The notes beneath the pieces were generated by a model, which had not been told where the DNA came from, did not search any database, and saw nothing but the letters and a program-made list of their open reading frames with translations. A DNA stretch of 64,000 nucleotides from a virus: positions 13,734-77,733 of IMG/VR virus record IMGVR_UViG_3300020731_000774, one strand, 5' to 3'. The position numbers and the translations under genes were made by a program. Shown here piece after piece: positions 39,974 to 50,129 of this stretch (its first letter is position 1; each line of letters opens with the position of its first letter).

Positions 39974-40886
39974 ATGAATGTGTTAAGTCTTTTTTGATGG
40001 TATGTCTTGTGGGCAAATTGCTCTAAATAGAGCTGGTATAGAGTATAATAACTATTATGCTAGTGAGATTGATAAACATGCTATCAAAGTGGCTAATCAC
40101 AATTATCCAAATACTATCCAAATAGGTAGTGTTTTGGATGTTGTAGGATCTAATTTACCTAAAATAGATTTATTGATTGGTGGTAGTCCATGTCAGGGTT
40201 TCAGCTTTTCGGGGAAACAATTAAATTTTGAAGATCCTAGGAGTAAATTATTCTTTGAGTATGTTAGATTGTTAAAAGAGTGTGAACCTAAGTATTTTTT
40301 ATTAGAAAATGTTGTAATGAAAAAGGAGTATCAAGATGTTATTAGTGAGCATCTAGGTGTAGAACCTATTTTGATTAATAGTAGTCTTGTTTCTGCACAA
40401 AATCGCCAACGATTATATTGGACTAATATACCTAATATTCAACAGCCTGATGATAAGAATATTAATTTGGTTGATATTTTAGAAGATGATGTTATGATAG
40501 GACCTAGTGCAATAAGGGGTAGAAGATTGAATAAGGCAACTATACTAGGTAGAAGATTAGATGATAATGGTATTAGAAAGGATTATGATAAAGATGTACC
40601 CATTACACAATGTCTTGAAGTTAGAGCTACTAACAGAAATAAAAGTAATTGTCTAACTACGGTTGCTAAGGATAATGTTTTAACTACAATGCCAGTGGGT
40701 CGTCATCCTGATGCTTTTAAATTACAATTACCATTTAGATATTATACTATTAAGGAATATTGTAGATTACAAACCGTTCCTGATAATTATTTTGATGGTG
40801 TTGCTAGTGATAATCAAATTAGAAAAATGATTGGTAATGGTTGGACTGTTGATGTAATTGCTCATATATTTAAAAATATAAAATAA
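39974..40886 (+). pseudogene. DNA (cytosine-5) methyltransferase copy 1, +1 T frameshift in motif I
   Basis: ATG 39974 MNVLSLF then TGA; T6 run at 39990-39995 versus T5 in copies 2 and 3; remainder has GGSPCQ, ENV, QNRQRLYW, GNGW. Confidence 0.75.
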
Positions 40887-41745
40887 TTATATGAATGTTT
40901 TAAGTCTTTTTGATGGTATGTCTTGTGGGCAAATAGCTTTAAATAGAGCAGGTATTAAATATGATAAATATTTTGCCTCTGAAATTGATACTCATGCTAT
41001 GAAAGTAACTTTAGATAACTATCCAGATACAATTCAATTGGGGAGTGTTTTGGATTTAAATGGATCTGAATTACCGAAAATTGATTTACTTATAGGTGGT
41101 AGTCCATGTCAATCGTTTTCAAGAGCTGGTAATGGTACTGGTTTTGATGGTAAATCAGGTTTATTTTGGGAATATGTTAGGATTAAAAATGAAATTAATC
41201 CTAAATATTTTCTATTAGAAAATGTTAAGATGAAAAAGGAATGGGAGGATATAATCACTAAAGAACTTGGTGTTGAACCTATAATGATTAATAGTAATCT
41301 TGTTTCTGCTCAGAATAGAGAAAGATTATATTGGACTAATATACCTATTATTAACTTACCAGAAGATAGAGGAATTTTAATTAAAGATATAGTAGATCTA
41401 AATAGTAATGATTTTGAATATATAGATGATTATAAAACAAAAATCCGTGTGTTTAAAAAGAATTATTTACAATATGATATAAATGGTACAGGTCATGGTA
41501 GTCAAGATCAGAGAGCTTATTATTTAAGTGGTAAACATGGTTGTTTAGATACTGGTGCTAGTGGTAAGGCTAAGATTTTAGAAAATGATGGTAGGGTTAG
41601 AAAAATAACAAGAAATGAGGGAGAGAGATTACAATGTGTTCCTATTGATTATACTATTTCAGTAAGTAGATCACAGGCATTGAAAATGCTTGGTAATGGT
41701 TGGACTGTTGATGTAATTGCTCATATATTTAAAAATATAAAATAA
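40831..41745 (+). repeat. Direct repeats at MTase 3' ends
   Basis: 56-nt identical repeat at 40831-40886 and 41690-41745; 38 nt of it recurs at 42607-42644. Confidence 0.9.
40891..41745 (+). CDS. DNA (cytosine-5) methyltransferase copy 2 (intact)
   Basis: LFDG, GGSPCQ, ENV, QNRERLYW, GNGW. Confidence 0.92.
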   Translation: MNVLSLFDGMSCGQIALNRAGIKYDKYFASEIDTHAMKVTLDNYPDTIQLGSVLDLNGSELPKIDLLIGGSPCQSFSRAGNGTGFDGKSGLFWEYVRIKNEINPKYFLLENVKMKKEWEDIITKELGVEPIMINSNLVSAQNRERLYWTNIPIINLPEDRGILIKDIVDLNSNDFEYIDDYKTKIRVFKKNYLQYDINGTGHGSQDQRAYYLSGKHGCLDTGASGKAKILENDGRVRKITRNEGERLQCVPIDYTISVSRSQALKMLGNGWTVDVIAHIFKNIK

Positions 41746-41750
41746 AAATT

Positions 41751-42656
41751 ATGAATGTATTAAGTCTTTTTGATGGAATGAGTTGTGGTAGAATAGCTCT
41801 TGAGAAAGCGGGTGTTGATGTTACTAATTATTTCAGTAGTGAAATTAAAGATTATGCTATAAAGGTAGCTGATATTAATTATCCACAAGATACTCCTAAT
41901 AGATTAGGAGATATTACTAAGATAAATGGTAAAGATTTGCCTAAAATAGACCTATTGATAGGTGGATCACCATGTCAAGATTTTTCTGGTGCTAATAAAG
42001 AGAGACTTGGTGTTGATGGTACTAAGAGTGGTTTATTCTTTGAATATGTTAGATTATTAGAGGAGACAAATCCAAAATATTTCTTATTGGAGAATGTTAG
42101 GATGAAAAAAGAGCATCAGGATTTTATTAGTTAAATGATGGGGTGTGAGCCAGTTGTTATAAATTCTGAATTAGTTGCACCACATTTAAGACATCGTTTA
42201 TATTGGACTAATATACCAGGTATTACACTTCCTGAAAATAAAAAAATGAAATTGAATGATTTTTTGATTAATGGTTATTCTGATAGAGATAAGGCTAGAA
42301 CTTTACTTGAATCGGATTCTAGACCATTATCAACTCCCATTAAAATGTGTCATAGATATTTCAATACCGGTTTCACTACTCTTATATTTAAATCAAAGGA
42401 ACATTATGAAGAATTAAAGAAACATTTTGATGTAAATTTTAAAGGTAAAAGTGCTGCTGAAATTGATGAGTTATCAAAGGGTATGGATTTGAGTGTGTAT
42501 AGTGGTGTTAGATATATGAATAATAGGGAACGTGAGTTTTGCCAAACTGTTCCGAGTGGATATACTGATAACTTAACCCAAAACGAGGCAGCTTGTATAT
42601 TGGGTGATGGTTGGACTGTTGATGTAATTGCTCATATATTTAAAGGTTTAAAATAA
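41751..42656 (+). pseudogene. DNA (cytosine-5) methyltransferase copy 3, in-frame TAA at 42132-42134 (pseudogene or split enzyme)
   Basis: Motifs I-VI in 41751-42134; motifs VIII-X in the same frame from ATG 42135. Confidence 0.75.
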
Positions 42657-42657
42657 T

Positions 42658-42689
42658 AAAAACCCCTTAGAAAATTCTAAGGGGTTTTT
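42658..42689. terminator. Bidirectional intrinsic terminator
   Basis: AAAAACCCCTTAGAA-AA-TTCTAAGGGGTTTTT. Confidence 0.85.
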
Positions 42690-42691
42690 GT

Positions 42692-45600
42692 TTATATTAT
42701 TGTTATTGGAACAAATGGTCCAATTTGTTCTATAGGTATGACCTTATCTGTTAAATCTTTTATACCTCTAATCTCATAGTTTTTCTTATCATTGTAAATA
42801 GAACCATAGCCATTATCACTTGTGATTTCAATTGTTATAAATGGGTCTAAATTTGAATCTATTGTGAAATTGTATGGTGGTATTTGGTTCAATAATGTAG
42901 TTGATTGTGTCACACCAATACTATATGTTGTTGTTATTCTTCTATATTCATCTATTGTTTGTACTGGTTCATAATTAATTTTAGACCACTCTGTTATATC
43001 TAACCAATTTGCATTATCACCTTGATCTAATACTGGTGGGTTTATTGAAGCAGTTGATCCTAAACCACTATATACATAAATTCTATTAGAATATTCAGCT
43101 AAACTAGTAGGTGTATATGTTATATTAGAAGACCAAGGTGATACACTATCATATTTTTGTGGATTATTTGTCCTGTTATTATTGATAGTGGATTCGTATA
43201 AGTAACCATAATATATAATTTTATCACCTTTTTGGTAACTAGTGAATGGTGTCCATTCTTTATATGTTTTATAAGTTCTTATTTTAATATTAAAATAATC
43301 TGGTAATTTAAGTTCTACACCATTTAATGGTTTGGGTGGTGTGGTAAGACCTGTTGGGTTCTTATCTGCTCCTACACCATCTATAATTGAATAAAAATCA
43401 ATGACACAATTATATACAGTTGATCCTGTGTTTACCGGCATTAGATATGCTTCATTTAGTTTACCTGTTATTGGTGTCATATTTTCATTAATGTTAAATA
43501 TTCTAACGTCATGCATTTTATGTGTTATTTGATTACCACCTTTGAAATATGTTTTACCTGTTATATCTAATATCTTATGTGTTAAAGGTATTATATTTTT
43601 TGATAGCCAATATTTTAGACCTTGTAGTTTTATAGTAACATCATCAATACTGTATAATAGTATATTATTTCCACTTTTATCAGTTATATCATATGTTAGA
43701 TTAAGAAGATTTGTTTCTTCAAAATTTGCATTAGGATATGTGTGTTTTAGGAAATCACCATCGGTTGACCATCCTTGTACTGTGTTATCAAATATGTCTG
43801 GTATTTCTACTTTAAATAACTTGGAAAAATCTTTTGATTGTGGGTTGATGTTTCTATAATATTCATTTAATTCTAAATCATTATATCCAAAGAAATTAAT
43901 TGCATTTATTATTGATTTATATGCACCTATATATGGGTATATAAGATTTTTATTCATCAACATTTCTTTTCTTTTTATGTTTAAGAAATTCCAATCAATA
44001 CCACCCTCTAATATATCATAATCCTTGAATATGAATACCTCACTTGGTCCAATATTCTTTCCTATATTATTAAGTTGGATTTTGTATCTAAAATCTTCAA
44101 TTTCAGTTTGTGCGTATGTGTTAAATCTACCAATTTCTCTATCTATTATTTGGAATGTTGTTTTTAGATAAGTGGTTTTACCAACTGTTGGGTAATCTTG
44201 TATAATACTAGTTTCGGGATATATGTAATCAGTTGATATATTGAAAAAATCTAATACTAATGTATTTGTGTATATGTCTCTTATTTTAAATAATGATCCA
44301 TTATTATGTGATGTGTACTGGTTATTTATATTGGAAACATCTTTTATATACAAAACAATGGTTTGCTCTTGTTTTAATCCTTTGTTTGTAAACATTTCAT
44401 CCGACATATTATTTATTTTTATTTGACCGTATGTTAATCCGGTTGAATCAACCTCGGTTGAAAATGTTAATATAGTGTTATTCGTTGATGTACTTGTTAT
44501 ATCAAATTCAATAGTTTCTTTTTTATAAAGTTGTAAAATAGATTGTTTTGGTCCTTCATCCTCTGATCTAAATCCTATAAATAATTGCATAGCCTCTGGC
44601 TCATTGTATATATTTTCACTATCATTTATATAATCTAAATTTTGTGTTATAGTGTTAAAAATAGTTTGTTGATATTGTGGTATTGAAACTTTTGTTATAT
44701 CACTATTTGGATATTTATTTAATCCAACATCTAATAAAGGTTTTGGTCCTGTGTATGAATAACTACCTATTGTTTGTAATTGATCACCAGACATATCATA
44801 TAAGAAGAAATCAGGTGTTTGATCATCAATCCATTTCCAATAGAATTGGACTTGTGTATCATTGATATAATTCTCTCTAGGTCTTCTAAGATATTCTCTT
44901 GATTTTAGCCATATATCCTCATGTGGTGTATATTCACTATGTAGTGTTCCATAATTCTGATCTTCTATTGATATAGAATTAGTAGTTGTGGTTGTAATGT
45001 TTGTTTCTATTGTAGTTGTAATTTCAACAACATTATTTATACTTGGTTGTATAGCACATACCGAGTTTCTAGCTGGGTTATATATTATTTTAGTGGATAT
45101 TGCACTAAAATGTGTGGTTTCTATATTCCAACCATTTGATGGGTTTATTGTTAGTATTGAATTGGTTGTTTGTGATGTTAGGTATACCATTCCATCATAT
45201 TGGTTTAGTGTTATATAACCATATGCATCAATATTTTCACTTAGATTTAAATTATTATTTAAATCAAAAGATTTAAATGAATTTTCATCAGATATATTTA
45301 CTTCACCTGTTAAATTGTTATATAGCATATCAGTGAATGGTGTTGGTGAAATATTATCAATTTGTGATATAGTATTATCATTTATTTTATATAGATATGA
45401 ATTATCATAGATATATATTGTATCATTGATGGGTTCGTAGAATATAAAATCTATTTTTAAATTAGGTATGTTGTATGTTTGATGTATAGTCCTATTTAAA
45501 TTTATAACTAATATATCACCACTATCAGTGGTTATGAAAGTTGTCTCACTTTTTGTATTATATGTTAATTTACCAGTTTTTGTATCTGTTGATGATGGTG

Positions 45601-48481
45601 TTGTTATTGTTACAACTAATGTATTGGTGTGATCATATATTGATATAGTTGGGCTATTTTCGTATGTTATGTAAATATCACCATTTGTTGATATTGACAT
45701 ATCATATGCTATATTTGTAAGTGATATATTATCAATTATAACATTTATTAATGGATCTATTACCCAAATATTTGTTTTTGATAAACAGTATAGATAATTA
45801 TTATAATTATTGAACTGTATTTTCAAACTATCTATATTATTTGGTAAATCAATATAAGATTTATATGTAAAATTAATTGCATCTAATATTACTAAATTTT
45901 CACCAAGTATGTATATTGAATCTGATAGTTGGATATATACTAAATCAACCATATTTATTGATCCTTGTATATTATTTAAGTCTATATTAGTATTTTGATA
46001 AGTTGATGAATTTAAAAACATTGAGAAAGCAGTGTTATCAAATTGATTTAGATCAAATGGGCTTGAACCACTTCCTGATACTATAGGTGCACAGGCGGTT
46101 TGACCAAATCCAGTATTGAAGGCTAGTGTTACATATGGTGATGTGTTACAAAGTGAACTTGTTGAGCCCCAAAATGGTCCTTGATAGCTTAAGTTAAGGG
46201 TATTTTGATCTAAATATTGTATTGTGTATTCTTGATTATCATATGGGTATAATGTGTTATTCAATGAGAAAACCATACCTGTTGCAAAACCAGCATCTTC
46301 AAATGATGCTGTTGCTGTGCTCGGTAATACAACTTCATTTGATGATATTAAAGTACCAATTGATCCCGGTAGTTTATTTGTGATTATATAATCATCTAAA
46401 CCAGGTATATTTAATTTTCCATTTTGTATTGTGTATTCAAATATTATATCGGTTCTAGTTATATCAAACTTTAAAAGATTGTTTATACTAGTAGGTATAA
46501 GTCCAAATGTTGTTAAGTATTCACCATAAGTATTTACCCAAGCTTCTAATGTAGCTGGTATATCAGCCATTTTATATGATGCAGTTCCTGATTGTGTTGC
46601 AAATATAGTTGATTGTTGATAATCTTTATTATTTATTATTATATTTATATAACTACCTATAGAATTGGGGTTAGTAAATAATATTCTAGAATGTTCAATG
46701 TGGAAACTCGCAACAGATCCAACTTCAACACTATTTAATAACATTGGTACATTTGGGTATTGTGATTTAATAATAATAGAATTGAAATATAATGATGATG
46801 AGTTTCCAATATAGTCAAGTTCAGCATTTATACCTAATAAATTTAATTGTATATAATATCTATCCAACCAATTTCTGATGGTTCTATCAATGGTTCTTTC
46901 CATATCAATAAACTCCCCACTAAATATGAAATCAACCTCTTCTTGATATACTTCTTTGTTTAATGTTATTTTTATACCAAAATCATCTAATTCATCAAAT
47001 ACAATATTGTATTTAAAATTTTCACTTAAGTTATAATTTAATTCAGAAGTTAATTCTTCTGATACTTCAATTAATCGCTCATTTGTTTTATATATTTGTC
47101 CAATTGATTGTGTTAAACTATTTGCGTAAAAATTAACCTCAGCATAATTACTTGGATATATTAAATCAGCTTTTAGTGCACCATCTTTATAATATAAATC
47201 TATATTAAATGAACTAAAATCCGAACTAAATAATTCTGCTGCTGATGCTAATGTTATTACTGAGCTTTGTGTATATCCATAATTGAAATATAGTATATTT
47301 GATGTTAAATATGCTTGTGAGTTTAATAGTGTCTCATTATATGTAATTTGATCCACTATTACATAATTTGAAGGTTTCCAATAGTATGTATTATATGGAT
47401 TAACATTCAGTGTATTAATATCTGCATAGCTTTGTGTATAAGCTAATACACATTCAAATATTTTATTATCATATAATACTTGTGATTGTGTTGCGTAAAA
47501 AGTTTTTTGTGTGTTTGATATAAATGATTGAATATCAGATACCATTAGGAAATTAGTATTTAAAGTAGATCCAACAATTTTAAATTCAGTGCCTGGTTTT
47601 ATTATATCAGGTAATCCTTTTTGGAATATTATTCTATTATCATCGGTTATTGTGATTGCTCCATTATATATGTTTGGTAGATCTGTTTTACTTTTATACT
47701 CTATTATTAAATCTTGATTATCAGGTAGATTATTTACATAGTATTCATAATTAACACTATCTGTTAATTCGAAGTCAGTAACAGTTACAACACTGTCATT
47801 ACTTTTACTATTTACTATATTCAATTTTTTACCATTGTAAAATTTATCATAGAAATTTGGCTCAGACCAATAAGATAAATTGTTATTATAATTAGAATCT
47901 ATATAATCATAAACACCGATTGCATTTATTCCTGTTAAATATAACAATGGGGTATTGTTGTTTATATAATTTGATTTATTTGTATAATCTGTATAATAAT
48001 TTGTTTCAAATGATGCATTGTCAATATCACTAATGATCATTATTGCTCCTTTTTTATTAGCAACAACCGTATATGCTTTGTTACTATTGGTAAATTCCAA
48101 AAATGAATTATTGAATTTAACAACTGAACCAATTGGAAATAGTGTATCAAAATTATCCCCATATATCCATTTTGAGTGGAAGTCTGGATCATTATTAACT
48201 GGCTCAATCATTGTGATTGGGTATGGATTCTGTGTCCCACTATAGAAATGGAAACCATACTCATTGAATAGTTGGAATTTATTTAAAGATAATACACCCG
48301 GATCTTCAAATTCAAATGAAGGAATTCTTTCCATTGTGTATATTCCATATGTTTTATATGTATCTGATGAATTTTCATCAAAAAGGATATCTCCTTCAAA
48401 TCTATCAGTTGTATCATTATAGTTGAAGTTTAGTGAATCTCCTTGGCTATTGAAGAAAATTAGATTTTTATGATTAGACAT
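42692..48481 (-). CDS. Large baseplate wedge/structural protein (1929 aa)
   Basis: YIGAYKSIINAINFFGY wedge-like motif, propeller-like repeats, W-x4-Y-x2-GD-x3-Y-x-G CBM5/12-like motifs; TTAATATATA upstream. Confidence 0.6.
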   Translation of the reverse strand: MSNHKNLIFFNSQGDSLNFNYNDTTDRFEGDILFDENSSDTYKTYGIYTMERIPSFEFEDPGVLSLNKFQLFNEYGFHFYSGTQNPYPITMIEPVNNDPDFHSKWIYGDNFDTLFPIGSVVKFNNSFLEFTNSNKAYTVVANKKGAIMIISDIDNASFETNYYTDYTNKSNYINNNTPLLYLTGINAIGVYDYIDSNYNNNLSYWSEPNFYDKFYNGKKLNIVNSKSNDSVVTVTDFELTDSVNYEYYVNNLPDNQDLIIEYKSKTDLPNIYNGAITITDDNRIIFQKGLPDIIKPGTEFKIVGSTLNTNFLMVSDIQSFISNTQKTFYATQSQVLYDNKIFECVLAYTQSYADINTLNVNPYNTYYWKPSNYVIVDQITYNETLLNSQAYLTSNILYFNYGYTQSSVITLASAAELFSSDFSSFNIDLYYKDGALKADLIYPSNYAEVNFYANSLTQSIGQIYKTNERLIEVSEELTSELNYNLSENFKYNIVFDELDDFGIKITLNKEVYQEEVDFIFSGEFIDMERTIDRTIRNWLDRYYIQLNLLGINAELDYIGNSSSLYFNSIIIKSQYPNVPMLLNSVEVGSVASFHIEHSRILFTNPNSIGSYINIIINNKDYQQSTIFATQSGTASYKMADIPATLEAWVNTYGEYLTTFGLIPTSINNLLKFDITRTDIIFEYTIQNGKLNIPGLDDYIITNKLPGSIGTLISSNEVVLPSTATASFEDAGFATGMVFSLNNTLYPYDNQEYTIQYLDQNTLNLSYQGPFWGSTSSLCNTSPYVTLAFNTGFGQTACAPIVSGSGSSPFDLNQFDNTAFSMFLNSSTYQNTNIDLNNIQGSINMVDLVYIQLSDSIYILGENLVILDAINFTYKSYIDLPNNIDSLKIQFNNYNNYLYCLSKTNIWVIDPLINVIIDNISLTNIAYDMSISTNGDIYITYENSPTISIYDHTNTLVVTITTPSSTDTKTGKLTYNTKSETTFITTDSGDILVINLNRTIHQTYNIPNLKIDFIFYEPINDTIYIYDNSYLYKINDNTISQIDNISPTPFTDMLYNNLTGEVNISDENSFKSFDLNNNLNLSENIDAYGYITLNQYDGMVYLTSQTTNSILTINPSNGWNIETTHFSAISTKIIYNPARNSVCAIQPSINNVVEITTTIETNITTTTTNSISIEDQNYGTLHSEYTPHEDIWLKSREYLRRPRENYINDTQVQFYWKWIDDQTPDFFLYDMSGDQLQTIGSYSYTGPKPLLDVGLNKYPNSDITKVSIPQYQQTIFNTITQNLDYINDSENIYNEPEAMQLFIGFRSEDEGPKQSILQLYKKETIEFDITSTSTNNTILTFSTEVDSTGLTYGQIKINNMSDEMFTNKGLKQEQTIVLYIKDVSNINNQYTSHNNGSLFKIRDIYTNTLVLDFFNISTDYIYPETSIIQDYPTVGKTTYLKTTFQIIDREIGRFNTYAQTEIEDFRYKIQLNNIGKNIGPSEVFIFKDYDILEGGIDWNFLNIKRKEMLMNKNLIYPYIGAYKSIINAINFFGYNDLELNEYYRNINPQSKDFSKLFKVEIPDIFDNTVQGWSTDGDFLKHTYPNANFEETNLLNLTYDITDKSGNNILLYSIDDVTIKLQGLKYWLSKNIIPLTHKILDITGKTYFKGGNQITHKMHDVRIFNINENMTPITGKLNEAYLMPVNTGSTVYNCVIDFYSIIDGVGADKNPTGLTTPPKPLNGVELKLPDYFNIKIRTYKTYKEWTPFTSYQKGDKIIYYGYLYESTINNNRTNNPQKYDSVSPWSSNITYTPTSLAEYSNRIYVYSGLGSTASINPPVLDQGDNANWLDITEWSKINYEPVQTIDEYRRITTTYSIGVTQSTTLLNQIPPYNFTIDSNLDPFITIEITSDNGYGSIYNDKKNYEIRGIKDLTDKVIPIEQIGPFVPITII

Positions 48482-48568
48482 TTAATATAAATACTTTTTG
48501 TTATATATTAAAAAACCATTTCTTGGTATTTAAAAATAATATATAGTATATAAAAAAAGAATTATTAT

Positions 48569-49018
48569 ATGTATATTAAAAGATTTAATGAAACTAAATC
48601 TAAAGAAGATGAGGTTACAAGTGTTGATATTAAATCATTTGAGGATGATAAAGATGTTATTGGTTTTGTAAGAAATAATGATGAATTAACAGATGCTGCC
48701 GAGAAAAAACTTAAAAAGGAAATTCAAAATGATGGTGGTACACCTGGTTTGAAAACTGCTATTAAAAAATTTGAAGATTTTTCAGTTAAGATAACAATTG
48801 ATGAAGATGGTGAAGCTTCAGTTGAAACAGGAGAAGGTGATAATTGTGCTGAAGAATGTTGTCAAGAGTGTGGTTGTGAACCTTGTGAATGTCAAGGTGA
48901 TTTAGAGCCTAGTGTTGTTTGTGATGCTTGTAATTGTGAACCATGTGAATGTGAACAAGAAGTAGTTCCTAATAATAATGTTGTTCCATTTGCTGATTTT
49001 TTAAAAGGGATTTTATAA
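48569..49018 (+). CDS. Late protein with Cys-rich metallothionein-like segment
   Basis: MYIKRFNE; CAEECCQECGCEPCEC..CDACNCEPCEC. Confidence 0.65.
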   Translation: MYIKRFNETKSKEDEVTSVDIKSFEDDKDVIGFVRNNDELTDAAEKKLKKEIQNDGGTPGLKTAIKKFEDFSVKITIDEDGEASVETGEGDNCAEECCQECGCEPCECQGDLEPSVVCDACNCEPCECEQEVVPNNNVVPFADFLKGIL

Positions 49019-49019
49019 T

Positions 49020-49592
49020 ATGAAACATTTGGTAAATTTTGATAATTTTTCAGAAAGTTTGAAATATCATTTGGTTAATGCTATGCCAATAACTGAAAAT
49101 GTATTTAGACCAGGTTCTGATGAGTTCTTTGCTATCTTAGAAGAAGCTAGGAATTTATATGATGGTGGTTTATTAGAACTTAAAGGTATTGATAAAGAAC
49201 TTTATGATACAACTGATATTGGTAAGTTTGGTATCTTTGAGGGTGCTAGAGTTGCTTTAGATATTCCAATGGAGGTTATTGAGGAATTAAATGAAGCTGA
49301 ATACCATGGTAAAGAAGTTAAATTAAACCACCCAATGAGAAATAATGGTTCTGGTAAAAAGTACTATGTGTATGTTAATGATCCAAAAACTGGTAAAGTA
49401 AAAAAGATTACATTTGGTGATGTTCATGGTGGATTAAGTGCTAAAATATCAGACCCTAAGGCTAGAAAAAGTTTTGCAGCACGACATAAATGTGATACAA
49501 AGAAAGATAAGACTACGCCAGGGTATTTTGCTTGTCGTTTAACAAAATATGGTCACTTATTTGGTGGTAAAACGTATCCTGGGTACTGGTAA
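49020..49592 (+). CDS. Conserved phage protein (DUF5754-like C-terminus)
   Basis: KKYYVYV..GKVKKITFGD..ARKSFAARHKC..PGY. Confidence 0.6.
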   Translation: MKHLVNFDNFSESLKYHLVNAMPITENVFRPGSDEFFAILEEARNLYDGGLLELKGIDKELYDTTDIGKFGIFEGARVALDIPMEVIEELNEAEYHGKEVKLNHPMRNNGSGKKYYVYVNDPKTGKVKKITFGDVHGGLSAKISDPKARKSFAARHKCDTKKDKTTPGYFACRLTKYGHLFGGKTYPGYW

Positions 49593-49606
49593 AAAAAATA
49601 AGATTT

Positions 49607-49999
49607 ATGAAATATTTAAAACCATATAAGATATTTGAATCAGTTAATAGAAAGTTTATTAGTGATTTTCTACTTGACTTTGGTTTTATGATTACTATGA
49701 AGTTTTCTCAAATTACTAAGATGGGTATTGATGAAGCTGCAACCAAAGAATTGACTTCTATGATGAAGAGATTGAGAGAACCTCTTATAAATGGTAAAAA
49801 ATATACTGATTTGATAGATAATGTAAATGATCTTTATAAAAGTCCTAAAATGTTATCAGCTTTGTTTGGTCAAATAAGAGAGCTATTGATTTATATTGAG
49901 CCTAGAATTAAAAAGTTTGTAGTTGAAGGTGATGGTAAGGATAATTGGTTAGAAAAAATTAAAGAACTAAAAGAAAATTATAAAAAAATTGTATCATAA
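49607..49999 (+). CDS. Hypothetical late protein
   Basis: MKYLKPYKIFES N-terminus. Confidence 0.65.
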   Translation: MKYLKPYKIFESVNRKFISDFLLDFGFMITMKFSQITKMGIDEAATKELTSMMKRLREPLINGKKYTDLIDNVNDLYKSPKMLSALFGQIRELLIYIEPRIKKFVVEGDGKDNWLEKIKELKENYKKIVS

Positions 50000-50110
50000 T
50001 GTTACCATTTAAAGAAATTAAAATAAGTGATAATACATTTATCAGAGAGTTTGGTCAAGATACCGACTCTGGTGAAAATTATTTCAACAAAACACCGAGA
50101 TAGAGAAGAC
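49999..50110 (+). pseudogene. Truncated, frameshifted 5' remnant of a small cupin-like gene
   Basis: TAATG-coupled MLPFKEIKISDNTFIREFGQDTDSGE, 16 nt, then out-of-frame HRDRED; homologous to LPFSEE..LMWHRDRED at 50997-51098. Confidence 0.7.
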
Positions 50111-50129
50111 ACCTTTTAATATATACTTT

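Noticed and set aside
50066-50103. Bypass element in the cupin-like remnant (weak CUC-U-GGUG/CACC-GAG hairpin before UAG)
   Set aside because: The conserved Trp codon is missing and the shifted frame stops at once after HRDREDTF, so recoding would not give a full protein; treated as decay.
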